Shown in pieces: positions 35,275 through 44,875 of a DNA stretch of 64,000 nt (positions within the stretch are counted from its first letter, which is position 1; each line of letters starts with the position of its first letter). A program made the position numbers and the translations under genes. The notes under the pieces are model-generated. The model searched no databases, was not told the DNA's origin, and saw nothing but the letters and a program-made list of their open reading frames with translations. The stretch is from Clostridia bacterium (lineage in GTDB: Bacteria > Bacillota > Clostridia > Oscillospirales > CAG-272). Location of the stretch: the NCBI GenBank assembly GCA_017455905.1, contig JAFTLQ010000016.1, positions 268 through 64,267 on the forward strand. The letters are read 5' to 3'.

Positions 35275-36660
35275 ATGAATATTGACTTTTTGTCAAAGGA
35301 TATACAGGAGCATATCGCGCAGGTGCGTGCGCACATCGATGGAAGCTTTGCGCGCTATTTTGTCATAACGCTCGGCTGTCAGCAGAATGAGGCTGACAGC
35401 GAGCGCATCCGCGGTATGGCCGCCGCCATGGGCTATCAGCCGGCCGAGAGGGCAGAGGAGGCGTCGCTGATCGTCGTCAACACCTGTGCCGTCCGAGAGC
35501 ACGCAGAGCTGAAGGCACTGTCCCTTTTGGGACGCTTCAAGCACGTAAAAGCGGCCGTCCCCGAAACGGTGATCGCCCTGTGTGGCTGCATGGCGGCCGA
35601 GCCGGGCACCGTGCGCACCATTAAGGAAAAATTCCCGTACGTGTCGTTTGCGCTGGAGCCGAATATGCTGCATCGCTTTCCCGAGCTGGTCCACCGTGCG
35701 CTGACCGAGCGCCGCCGTACGTTTCTGCTCGGTGAGGATATGGGCGATATCGCCGAGGGCATTCCGCCCGTACGCTCGACCAGCCACCGTGCGTGGGTGT
35801 CGATCATGTACGGCTGCAACAACTTCTGCTCCTATTGCATCGTTCCGTACGTCAGAGGCCGCGAGCGCAGCCGCGACGCCGCGCGTATCATGGATGAATG
35901 CCGAGAGCTGATCGCGGACGGATGTCGGGAGATCACCCTGCTTGGACAGAACGTCAATTCCTATCGAAGCGAGCTGACCTTCGCCCAGCTGCTGGAGCAG
36001 ATCGCCCGTCTTGACGGGGAATTCCGTCTGCGCTTTATGACCAGCCATCCGAAGGACGTTTCCGAGGAGCTCATCGCCGTCATGGCACGCTACCCCGACA
36101 AGATCGCCCCCGCCTTTCACCTGCCCCTGCAATCGGGCAGCGACCGCATACTCAAGGAGATGAACCGTACGTATACGAGGGAGCGATACCTGTCGATCGT
36201 CGAGGCTCTGCGGCGTGCGATCCCCGATATCGCGATAACGACCGATATCATCGTCGGCTTCCCCGGCGAGAGCGACGAGGACTTTGAGGATACCTACCGC
36301 ACGGTCGAGGCCGTTGGGTACGACAGCCTGTTTTCCTTTATCTATTCTCCCCGCGAGGGAACGAAGGCCGCCAAGCTTGCGCAAACGACCGACGAGGCGA
36401 CGATCAAGGTGCGTATGGAGCGCCTGATCGCGCTGGCACAACGCAGCTCGTACGAAAAGAACCAAGCCTACGTCGGGCGCCGTGTGCGTGTTCTGTGCGA
36501 CGGTCCTGCACGCGAGGGCGAGGAGGCCTATATCGGACGCACCGATAGCGGTAAGCTCGTGCGGTTCCAATCGGCTGGCGATCCGACGGGCTGCTTCGTA
36601 TCCGTTACGATCGATAAAGCAACGCCCTTCGATCTGTTCGGCGTTGCCGACGATACTTAA
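35275..36660 (+). CDS. miaB: tRNA-2-methylthio-N6-dimethylallyladenosine synthase
   Basis: N-terminal UPF0004 cysteines (LGCQQNE, NTCAVRE, GCMA), radical-SAM motif CNNFCSYC and a TRAM-like C-terminus. The ORF-track start at 34990 is an over-extension. Confidence 0.9.
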   Translation: MNIDFLSKDIQEHIAQVRAHIDGSFARYFVITLGCQQNEADSERIRGMAAAMGYQPAERAEEASLIVVNTCAVREHAELKALSLLGRFKHVKAAVPETVIALCGCMAAEPGTVRTIKEKFPYVSFALEPNMLHRFPELVHRALTERRRTFLLGEDMGDIAEGIPPVRSTSHRAWVSIMYGCNNFCSYCIVPYVRGRERSRDAARIMDECRELIADGCREITLLGQNVNSYRSELTFAQLLEQIARLDGEFRLRFMTSHPKDVSEELIAVMARYPDKIAPAFHLPLQSGSDRILKEMNRTYTRERYLSIVEALRRAIPDIAITTDIIVGFPGESDEDFEDTYRTVEAVGYDSLFSFIYSPREGTKAAKLAQTTDEATIKVRMERLIALAQRSSYEKNQAYVGRRVRVLCDGPAREGEEAYIGRTDSGKLVRFQSAGDPTGCFVSVTIDKATPFDLFGVADDT

Positions 36661-36700
36661 ATCAATGATGTAGCCGTAAAACGGCAAAGGAGTAAATGAA

Positions 36701-37096
36701 ATGACGAAAATTATTGAACTTGCACACGCCCTTGGTGAGGAGATCGCAAAGAGCGACGAGCTCAAGGCCCTGGAGCTGACGAAGGGCGGCTACGAGGCCA
36801 ACGCCGAGCTGCAGAAGAAGATGGCGGAATATGAGGCCGAGCGCCAGCTGCTCGCCGAGGAATTCAACAAGGATCCCGACGAGGTCGATCAGACCGTTAT
36901 CACCGAGGTGAAGGCACGTATGGACGAGCTGTCCCGTGTCATTACCCGCAATCCTGTGTATATCGCCTTTGCCAATGCGCAAAAGGCCATGAACGATCTT
37001 ATGACCGCGGTCAACGACGAGATCAAGTTCTGCATCACGGGTGAGCGTCCCGAGCATTGCACCCACGATTGCTCGACCTGTCAAGGGTGCCATTGA
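36701..37096 (+). CDS. YlbF/YmcA-family regulator with a C-terminal Cx3Cx2Cx2C tail
   Basis: 131 aa and helical (ALELTKGGYEANAELQKKMAEYEAE...). The position between miaB and mutS matches Bacillus ymcA. The tail is CTHDCSTCQGCH. Confidence 0.7.
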   Translation: MTKIIELAHALGEEIAKSDELKALELTKGGYEANAELQKKMAEYEAERQLLAEEFNKDPDEVDQTVITEVKARMDELSRVITRNPVYIAFANAQKAMNDLMTAVNDEIKFCITGERPEHCTHDCSTCQGCH

Positions 37097-37126
37097 TCCT
37101 AAGCATAACGAGAAAGGAGATCCGTC

Positions 37127-39754
37127 ATGGATGAGGTAGAGGTTCTCAAAAGCCGAAGCGAGCTTGTTGCCGCCACGCCCATGATGCAGCAGTATCTGGA
37201 CATCAAGGCGCAGTACGAGGGCTTTGTGCTCATGTACCGCCTGGGCGACTTTTACGAGTGCTTTTTTGAAGATGCCGTGCTCGTCTCGCGTGAGCTGGAG
37301 CTGACGCTGACCGCCCGCGACTGCGGGAACGGGAAGCGCGCGGCCATGTGCGGCGTGCCGTTCCACAAATCCGACGTCTACGTCGGCCGCTTGGTCGAGC
37401 GAGGCTACAAGGTAGCCATTTGCGAGCAGGTGGAGGATCCCAAGAGTGCGGTCGGACTTGTCAAGCGCGACGTCATTCGCGTCGTGACACCCGGTACGCT
37501 GACCGACGACGGATTGCTTTCCGAAGGAAAAAACAACTATCTTCTGACCGTTTGCTACGGACGCGACGGTGTCGGCCTTGGCTTTGCCGACATCACCACC
37601 GCCGAGGTGACGGCGACGTACATACCGAACGATCATATCCCCGCACGGCTGTGCAACGAGATCGGCGCGTTCTCGCCCGCGGAGGCGGTGCTGAATCTTC
37701 CGCCCGAGGAGTGCTCCGAGCTGTCGGGCTTTTTGAAGACCTCGTGCGGCGCTGTGGTCAGCTGTGACGCCTCGCTGTTTGATTACAACCGCGCCAAGAC
37801 GGTCGTGCGTGACGTCTTCCGTGAGGAGGCCGACAAGCTGACCATGCCCGAGGCCGTCATGGCGACGGGCGCGCTGATCGCCTACATCCGTGCCACGCAA
37901 AAGAGCGAGGTCACCTTTGGTAAGGAGCTGAACGTTTACGAGGAAGGGCAGTATCTGCAGATCGACACCAGCACCAGACGCAACCTGGAGCTCGTGGAGT
38001 CCATGCGAGGAAAGGAAAAGCGCGGAACGCTTCTTTGGGCGCTGGATCGCACCGAAACGGCGATGGGCGCACGCTTGCTCCGCTCCTGGATCCTGCAGCC
38101 CTTGATCAACCCCGTCACCATCGGAAAACGGCAGAGCGCCGTCGGCGATCTGCTGGCCGACCGTCGGGGACGCGACGCGCTCGGCGAGGCGCTGGCGCCG
38201 ATGCTGGATCTTGAGCGTCTGACGGCCAAGACGGTGTACGGAACGGCCAACGCCAAGGATCTGCGCGCGATCGGACAGAGCCTGTGCGCCTTGCCCGCGA
38301 TCCGTGCGTGCATCGGCTCGTACGAAAGCACCGAGATGAAGCAGCTGTACGAGAGCTTTGATACCGTCGATGAGCTGGCCGAGCTTCTCGATCGCGCCAT
38401 CGTCGACGCCCCGCCGTTCTCCGTCCGTGAGGGCGGCATGATTCGCACGGGCTTTGACGAGGACGTGGATTATTATCGCAGCATCAAGGATAACGGCTCT
38501 GCCATCATGGAGAGCATCGAGGAGCGCGAGCGCGAGGAAACGGGCATCCGCACCTTGAAGGTGTCGTATAACAAGGTGTTCGGTTACTACATAGAGGTTA
38601 CCAAATCGCTCATCGATCAGGTGCCAGATCGCTATATTCGTAAACAAACGTTGACAAATTGCGAGCGTTATATTACACAAGAGCTCAAGGAAATGGAAAG
38701 CACCATTCTGAGTGCCGATGAGCGCATCGTCGAGCTGGAGTTCAATATTTTCTGCAAGCTCCGCGAGGCGGTCGCCTCCGTTTCCGACCGTATCCGTGCG
38801 GCGGCGCGTAAGGTCGCGACCCTTGACGTCTACCGCTCCTTTGCCGAGTGCGCGAGCCGATATAACTATACCTGTCCCGAGGTGGATCTGTCCACGGATC
38901 TTATCATCAAGGACGGCCGTCACCCCGTGGTCGAGAAGTTTGTCAGCAACAGCTATTTTGTTCCCAACGATACCCACCTGGATACCGGTGCCAATCGTAT
39001 GATGATCATCACCGGTCCCAACATGGCGGGTAAATCGACCTATATGCGCCAGGTGGCCCTCATTGTGCTGATGGCGCAGATCGGCTCGTACGTGCCTGCC
39101 GCCTCGGCGCGCATCGGCATCGTGGATAAGATCTTTACCCGTGTCGGTGCCTCGGATGACCTCGCGTCGGGTCAGTCGACCTTTATGCTGGAGATGACCG
39201 AGGTAGCCGCTATTCTCAAGAATGCGACGCGCAAGTCGCTGATCGTCTACGACGAGGTCGGCCGCGGAACCAGCACCTACGACGGTATGTCAATCGCACG
39301 CGCCGTCGTGGAATACACCCATTCGCCGAAGATCGGCGCCCGTGCGCTGTTTGCGACGCATTATCACGAGCTGATCGCGCTGGAGGATGAGCTGGAGGGC
39401 GTCGTTAACTACAACGTCGCCGCCAAAAAGCGCGCCGACACCGTGACCTTCCTGCGCAAGATCGTGCGCGGCGGAACCGACGATTCCTACGGTATCGAGG
39501 TGGCCAAGCTGGCCGGTGTTCCTGCCGAGGTCGTTCGCCGTGCCAAGGCGATCCTCGCCGATATCGAGGAGGGGCGCACCGTCGCTCCCTCGCGAGGAGC
39601 GAAAAAGGAGCCCGCGCTGATGGATCTCTTTACCGAGCTGACCGCTACCCGTGAGAGCGAGGTAGCCGAGCGCCTGCGCGGCATTGATCTCAATACGCTG
39701 ACGCCGCTGGAGGCGATGAATCTGCTGTTTGAGCTGAAGGGCATGCTGTCGTAA
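37127..39754 (+). CDS. mutS: DNA mismatch repair protein MutS
   Basis: TPMMQQYLDIK, Walker A GPNMAGKST, STFMLEM and DEVGRGTSTYDG. Confidence 0.95.
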   Translation: MDEVEVLKSRSELVAATPMMQQYLDIKAQYEGFVLMYRLGDFYECFFEDAVLVSRELELTLTARDCGNGKRAAMCGVPFHKSDVYVGRLVERGYKVAICEQVEDPKSAVGLVKRDVIRVVTPGTLTDDGLLSEGKNNYLLTVCYGRDGVGLGFADITTAEVTATYIPNDHIPARLCNEIGAFSPAEAVLNLPPEECSELSGFLKTSCGAVVSCDASLFDYNRAKTVVRDVFREEADKLTMPEAVMATGALIAYIRATQKSEVTFGKELNVYEEGQYLQIDTSTRRNLELVESMRGKEKRGTLLWALDRTETAMGARLLRSWILQPLINPVTIGKRQSAVGDLLADRRGRDALGEALAPMLDLERLTAKTVYGTANAKDLRAIGQSLCALPAIRACIGSYESTEMKQLYESFDTVDELAELLDRAIVDAPPFSVREGGMIRTGFDEDVDYYRSIKDNGSAIMESIEEREREETGIRTLKVSYNKVFGYYIEVTKSLIDQVPDRYIRKQTLTNCERYITQELKEMESTILSADERIVELEFNIFCKLREAVASVSDRIRAAARKVATLDVYRSFAECASRYNYTCPEVDLSTDLIIKDGRHPVVEKFVSNSYFVPNDTHLDTGANRMMIITGPNMAGKSTYMRQVALIVLMAQIGSYVPAASARIGIVDKIFTRVGASDDLASGQSTFMLEMTEVAAILKNATRKSLIVYDEVGRGTSTYDGMSIARAVVEYTHSPKIGARALFATHYHELIALEDELEGVVNYNVAAKKRADTVTFLRKIVRGGTDDSYGIEVAKLAGVPAEVVRRAKAILADIEEGRTVAPSRGAKKEPALMDLFTELTATRESEVAERLRGIDLNTLTPLEAMNLLFELKGMLS

Positions 39755-39827
39755 AGGACAGCCTCATCGGCGGCCGTGCGCGTCGATGCCCATTTTCCCG
39801 TAGAAAAAAGAAAAGAAAGGACACCTC

Positions 39828-41819
39828 ATGGCAAACATTCACGTACTGAGCTTTGAAATTGCGAATCTGATCGCCGCAGGCGAGGTGGTGGAGCGTCCGT
39901 CGTCCGTTCTCAAGGAGCTGATCGAGAACGCCATTGACGCAGGCGCGACGCATATTGTAGCCGAGATCAAGCGCGGCGGTGTATCGCTCATCCGCGTGTC
40001 CGACAACGGCTGCGGTATCGAGCGCGAGGATCTGCCCGTCGCGCTGAAGCGGCACGCCACGAGCAAGATACAAACGCGTGACGATCTGGACGGTATTACG
40101 ACCCTCGGCTTCCGCGGAGAAGCCTTGGCCGCGATCGCCTCGGTGTCACGCCTGACGATGATCACCAAGACCAAGGACGCCGCGACCGCCTCCATGCTGA
40201 CCTCGGAGGGTGGTACCGTGCTGGACGTCACCGACGTCGGCGCCGCCGACGGAACGACCGTCGTGGTGGAGGATCTGTTCTTCAACGTTCCCGCACGCCG
40301 TAAATTCCTGAAAAAGGATGCGACCGAGGCCATGAACGTCGCTGTGTTGGTGGAAAAGGTAGCCTTGTCCCGTCCGGACATTGCCATCCAGCTGCTCATC
40401 GACGGGGAAGAGCGCTTCCATACGCCGGGGGACGGCAACGTCGAAAACACGGTATACGCCGTGCTCGGACGGGATTTTGCCTCCAAGATGCTCTCCGTCG
40501 ACGGGACGGTCAACCGCATCCACGTCCACGGCTTCGTCGGGCGCAGCGACAATGTGCGCCGCAACCGTAATCTGGAAAACGTATTTATCAACGGCCGCTA
40601 CGTCAAGAGCATGACGGTGACCGCCGCCGTTGAAAAGGCCTTTACGTCGTATATCGCCCCCGAGTGCTTCCCGACCTGCGTGCTGTTCGTTGATATGCAC
40701 CCCTCCGTGGTGGACGTCAACGTCCATCCCGCCAAGCTTGAGGTCAAGTTCTCGGATGAAAAATCCGTGTTTGAGGCCGTATATTATACCGTACGCCGTA
40801 CGCTGGAGGACAGCGAGTACCGTCCCGATATGACCCTGTCCAAGCCCTACAAGCCCGCCTTCCCGGCCAACGAATCGCAGGGGCAGCTGCGCATCAAGGA
40901 CGTGACGGCCGAGGCGGCTCGACCGCTGATCGGCACCGCGGCGCCAAAACGCGAGGCACCGCTCTCCGCGCACCTCTCGGGTGCAGGCGACCGCCGTCCG
41001 CTGTACGAAAAGCCTGTGTCCTCCCGTACCGATATGCCGAAGGAGGACGCCATGCAGGCCTTTGCCAAGCACGTCTACCGTCCGACGGAGGCGCACGTGA
41101 GCAGCGGAGCAGGAAGGCCCTCCTCCGTGCCGACGGGCGGTAGCACCACGCTGACCCCGGACAGCTCGCTGAAGCTTCTGGACGTTTTGGAAAAGCCGCA
41201 GACGCCGTCGTCGACCGATGCCGTGACCGACGCACCGAGCTACCGCTATGTCGGCGAGGCCTTCGACTGCTACGTCATGGTGGAATACGAGGGCGATCTT
41301 CTTATCATCGACAAGCATGCGGCGCATGAGCGCGTGCTCTTTGAGGAGCTCAAGCGGCAAAGAGAGACGGATACCCGCGTGACCTCGCAGCAGCTGCTTC
41401 TTCCTGTGACGGTGCCTATGACGCCCGAGATCGCCGAAACGGTCCGCGCCCATAAGGAGGAGTTCTTTGACGTCGGCTATGCGTTTGAGGTGCAGGACGA
41501 CGGTGTCACCGTATCGGCGATCCCCTCGCTTCTCGACCTGACGGCGGCCCAGAGCCTGCTGTGCGAGATGGCCGACGAGCTGTACGAGGGACGGGGCAAC
41601 CCGGCCATTACCGATGCCATGCGCCGCGAGCGCATGCTCTACCAGACCGCCTGCAAGGGCGCTATCAAGGGAGGTCGCTTCTACGACCGACCGATCATCG
41701 ATTGGCTGATCGGCCGGGTGCTGGCTCTGCCGGATATCACCGTTTGCCCGCACGGCCGCCCGATCGCTTACACGCTGAAGAAGCGCGAGCTTGACCGCCA
41801 GTTCGACCGAATCAAATGA
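39828..41819 (+). CDS. mutL: DNA mismatch repair endonuclease MutL
   Basis: GHKL N-terminus IAAGEVVERPSSVLKELIENAIDAGA. The C-terminal endonuclease motif is DKHAAHERVLFEEL. Confidence 0.95.
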   Translation: MANIHVLSFEIANLIAAGEVVERPSSVLKELIENAIDAGATHIVAEIKRGGVSLIRVSDNGCGIEREDLPVALKRHATSKIQTRDDLDGITTLGFRGEALAAIASVSRLTMITKTKDAATASMLTSEGGTVLDVTDVGAADGTTVVVEDLFFNVPARRKFLKKDATEAMNVAVLVEKVALSRPDIAIQLLIDGEERFHTPGDGNVENTVYAVLGRDFASKMLSVDGTVNRIHVHGFVGRSDNVRRNRNLENVFINGRYVKSMTVTAAVEKAFTSYIAPECFPTCVLFVDMHPSVVDVNVHPAKLEVKFSDEKSVFEAVYYTVRRTLEDSEYRPDMTLSKPYKPAFPANESQGQLRIKDVTAEAARPLIGTAAPKREAPLSAHLSGAGDRRPLYEKPVSSRTDMPKEDAMQAFAKHVYRPTEAHVSSGAGRPSSVPTGGSTTLTPDSSLKLLDVLEKPQTPSSTDAVTDAPSYRYVGEAFDCYVMVEYEGDLLIIDKHAAHERVLFEELKRQRETDTRVTSQQLLLPVTVPMTPEIAETVRAHKEEFFDVGYAFEVQDDGVTVSAIPSLLDLTAAQSLLCEMADELYEGRGNPAITDAMRRERMLYQTACKGAIKGGRFYDRPIIDWLIGRVLALPDITVCPHGRPIAYTLKKRELDRQFDRIK

Positions 41820-41826
41820 GAGAGTT

Positions 41827-42975
41827 ATGGGAAAATTTACACTGTTAAAAACCGAGGGCAAGGCACGCCGCGGTCGCTTTGAGACCGTTCATGGCGTTGT
41901 CGAAACCCCTGTATTTATGAACGTTGGCACCTCGGCTGCCGTCAAGGGCGGCATCTCAACAGAGGATCTGCATGACGTAAAATGCCAAGTTGAGTTGTCA
42001 AATACATATCATTTGCACATCCGTCCGGGGGATGACGTCATCTACAAAATGGGGGGACTTCATAAGTTCTTCAAGTGGGACCGTCCGGTTCTGACCGACT
42101 CGGGCGGATTCCAGGTATTCTCCCTTGCCAAGCTGCGCAAGATCACCGAGGAGGGCGTTGCCTTCAACTCGCACATCGACGGCAAGCGCATCTTCATGGG
42201 TCCGGAGGAGTCCATGCGTATCCAATCGCACCTCGGCTCGACCATCGCCATGGCGTTTGACGAATGCGTGGAAAACCCCTCGCCGTACGCCTACGTCAAG
42301 GCCTCCGAGGAGCGCACCGTCCGCTGGCTCAAGCGCTGCCGCGAGGAGCTGGATCGCTTGAACAGCCTGCCCGATACCGTCAATCCGCATCAGATGCTTT
42401 TTGGCATCAATCAGGGCGGCACGTACGAGGACCTGCGCATTGAGAATATGATCGAAACGGCCAAGATCCCCTGCGACGGATATGCCATCGGCGGCCTGGC
42501 CGTCGGCGAGGACGCGCAGACGATGTACCGTATCATTGAGGCGGTCGAGCCGTATATGCCGACCGACAAGCCGCGCTATCTGATGGGCGTCGGTACGCCG
42601 CAGAATATCGTCGAGGCGGTCTATCGCGGCGTCGATTTCTTTGACTGCGTCATGCCCAGCCGCAACGGACGCCACGGCACGCTCTTTACGTGGGAGGGCA
42701 AGATGAATATTAACAACGAGAGCTATATACTCGATGCCCGTCCCATCTCGCCGAGCTGTGATTGTCCCGCCTGCCGTCACTATTCGCGCTCCTACATCCG
42801 CCACCTGCTGAAGGCGAAGGAGATGCTCGGTATGCGCCTGTGCGTGCTGCACAACCTTTATTTCTACAACGATCTGATGGAAAAGATCCGTCAGGCGCTG
42901 GATAACGGTGCGTACGAGGAGTTTTACCGTACCTACCGCAACCGTCTTGCCGCCCGTGTAGCCGATGGATCATAA
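41827..42975 (+). CDS. tgt: queuine tRNA-ribosyltransferase
   Basis: ARRGRFETVHGVVETPVFM, LTDSGGFQV and Zn site CDCPACRHYSRSYIRHL. Confidence 0.95.
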   Translation: MGKFTLLKTEGKARRGRFETVHGVVETPVFMNVGTSAAVKGGISTEDLHDVKCQVELSNTYHLHIRPGDDVIYKMGGLHKFFKWDRPVLTDSGGFQVFSLAKLRKITEEGVAFNSHIDGKRIFMGPEESMRIQSHLGSTIAMAFDECVENPSPYAYVKASEERTVRWLKRCREELDRLNSLPDTVNPHQMLFGINQGGTYEDLRIENMIETAKIPCDGYAIGGLAVGEDAQTMYRIIEAVEPYMPTDKPRYLMGVGTPQNIVEAVYRGVDFFDCVMPSRNGRHGTLFTWEGKMNINNESYILDARPISPSCDCPACRHYSRSYIRHLLKAKEMLGMRLCVLHNLYFYNDLMEKIRQALDNGAYEEFYRTYRNRLAARVADGS

Positions 42976-43109
42976 AAAGGACGATGTGAAGGGGCGCCGG
43001 TGGGTATAATTGAATATACCCACTCACAAACATCATGAGCATGCATTTGAAAACGCTAACCAGATGGTAAAGCCTGCTCATGATTTTTTAACGAGCGACT
43101 CTAATCTAT

Positions 43110-43584
43110 GCCTTCTCCTGCGGGAGAAGGGGGACCACGAAGTGGTGGATGAGGAGTAAAACATGATCCCTTACAATAAAAAACTCGTTTCTAACGCAAG
43201 ACTTTTGCGAAAACATATGACGCCTGAAGAAAAACATTTGTGGTATGATTTTCTGAAACGACTTCCATACAACGTAAGACGACAACATAATATTGAAAAT
43301 TATATCGTCGATTTTTACATAGCAGAAAAGAAAATCGTTATTGAGATAGACGGAATACAGCATTCAGCTCCGGAGCACAAAGATGCGGATGCGCAAAGAG
43401 ATATGGCGTTGTCGTCTTGGAACATGACTGTCTTGCGATATTCAAACGACAGTATACGAAGTAACTTTCATGCTGTTGCAGCGGATATCCTGAAACATCT
43501 TGACATAGATTTCTCTGATTTAAAGCCTTTACCATAACACCTCATCCGACGGCTTCGCCGCCACCTTCTCCCGCTGGAGAAGGC
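43110..43584 (+). mobile_element. compact AT-rich DUF559 cassette bounded by 45-bp imperfect inverted arms
   Basis: The left arm is gccttctcctgcgggagaagggggaccacgaagtggtggatgagg (43110-43154). The reverse complement of the right arm (43540-43584) is gccttctccagcgggagaaggtggcggcgaagccgtcggatgagg. Each arm carries a ccttctcc-N4-ggagaagg hairpin. The interior is visibly AT-rich against GC-rich flanks. Confidence 0.4.
43163..43537 (+). CDS. DUF559 (Vsr-fold) endonuclease domain protein
   Basis: 124 aa. ARLLRKHMTPEEKHLWYDFLK...FRRQHNIENYIVDFY...KIVIEIDG..H matches the DUF559 pattern. The RBS gaggag lies inside the left arm. Confidence 0.75.
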   Translation: MIPYNKKLVSNARLLRKHMTPEEKHLWYDFLKRLPYNVRRQHNIENYIVDFYIAEKKIVIEIDGIQHSAPEHKDADAQRDMALSSWNMTVLRYSNDSIRSNFHAVAADILKHLDIDFSDLKPLP

Positions 43585-43610
43585 TTGGCATAAACGGCTC
43601 CTGCGGTTGA

Positions 43611-43662
43611 TAAAAGAAGTTCCCACAAACCGTTTGTATGGTCTGTGGGAACTTCTTTGTTA
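43611..43662. terminator. bidirectional hairpin terminator
   Basis: aaagaagttcccaca ... tgtgggaacttcttt: a 15-bp stem with T-rich tails on both strands. Confidence 0.7.
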
Positions 43663-43686
43663 TGCTATTTGTCAGTAGGTACCGTT

Positions 43687-44088
43687 TTATTTGTGTCCGC
43701 CGCAGTGGCCGTCGAACATACCGGTCAGATCCGCGATGAGGCTACCGTCGAACTCCTTAAAGCCAAGCGCGCGGAGCAGAGATCCGTCCGATCCGTCCGA
43801 TGCGGCCGATGCGGCGCGCATCGTGTGTGTGCCGCACAGATCGACAAAGTTCATCGTCGCACGGCCAAGGATGAACATGGCTTCAAAATCGTGACCGTCC
43901 GGTATCTCGCGCAGATGGTAGAGAACACCGCCGCTTGCCGTGATTTCAAATTGCGACATGCCGAGCAGATGCCCGTCCTCTGCGTCCGTCATGCGGTAGA
44001 TAAAGGAGCCGTCGATGAGCGGTACGCCGCAGGCATCGGCCGCCGTACGCCGCTCACTTTCGTTTGAGGCCGGGCTGATCTTAAACAT
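43687..44088 (-). CDS. hypothetical protein (133 aa), translationally coupled to rluB
   Basis: I chose the start at MFKISPAS, which overlaps the rluB stop by 8 nt. The protein ends in MFDGHCGGHK. I do not recognise a family. Confidence 0.5.
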   Translation of the reverse strand: MFKISPASNESERRTAADACGVPLIDGSFIYRMTDAEDGHLLGMSQFEITASGGVLYHLREIPDGHDFEAMFILGRATMNFVDLCGTHTMRAASAASDGSDGSLLRALGFKEFDGSLIADLTGMFDGHCGGHK

Positions 44089-44824
44089 GACGCTCCTCCT
44101 TGCCCTCGGTGATGCGGTAGAGATAGGCGACCTCTTTTTCATCAAGATAGCGCCATTTTCCGACGGGCAGGCCGTCGAGCTTGAGATTTCCGATGCTGAT
44201 GCGCGACAGACGCTTGACCGTAAGGCCGACGGTCTCGCACATCTTGCGGATCTGGCGGTTGCGTCCCTCGTGCAGGGTCATCTTGAGCACCGTTCCGCTC
44301 TCGTCGTGCTCGCCGACGGTCACCTCCACGGGACGAATGGTATAGCCGTCGATGTCCATCGGCTCGGTCAGCGCCTTGTGCTGCTCGTCGCTGACCGACT
44401 CGGCGACCTTGACGCGATAGACCTTGGCGGGCGAGTTCTTCGGATGCGTCAGACGGTTTTTTAATTCGCCGTCATCGGTCAGAAGGAGCATACCCTCGGA
44501 GGTGAGGTCGAGCCGACCGACGGGATATACGCGCGCCTCTACACCGTCTAACAGATCCGTAACGCACTTGCGTCCGCGATCGTCCTCGGTCGCGCACAGA
44601 TAGCCGCGCGGCTTGTTCATCATGATATATACGTGCTCGCGACGGACAAAGGCGATCCTTCGCCCGCGATATGTAACGAGATCGTGAGCGGGGTCAATGA
44701 CCATGCCGATCTCGGCGGGGTGTCCGTTGACGCTGACACGTCCGAGGCGGATCTCCTCCTCAGCGGCGCGGCGGGACATGAGTCCTGCGTCCGCCATGAA
44801 TTTTTGTAAGCGAATGGGTTTCAT
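44081..44824 (-). CDS. rluB: pseudouridine synthase, RsuA/RluB family
   Basis: S4 domain RLQKFMADAGLMSRRAAEEEIRLGRVSVNG and catalytic GRLDLTSEG. I chose the start at MKPIRLQ (RBS aaagga). Confidence 0.85.
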   Translation of the reverse strand: MKPIRLQKFMADAGLMSRRAAEEEIRLGRVSVNGHPAEIGMVIDPAHDLVTYRGRRIAFVRREHVYIMMNKPRGYLCATEDDRGRKCVTDLLDGVEARVYPVGRLDLTSEGMLLLTDDGELKNRLTHPKNSPAKVYRVKVAESVSDEQHKALTEPMDIDGYTIRPVEVTVGEHDESGTVLKMTLHEGRNRQIRKMCETVGLTVKRLSRISIGNLKLDGLPVGKWRYLDEKEVAYLYRITEGKEERHV

Positions 44825-44875
44825 ACGGTGTCCTTTCATAGATCATACGGTCGATGGGGTCGTGCGGGTTTGGTG

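Noticed and set aside
36662-38977. 771-aa minus-strand ORF overlapping ylbF and mutS
   Set aside because: It is antisense to mutS, which is unambiguous (Walker A, STFMLEM). Its composition is that of a GC-rich shadow ORF.
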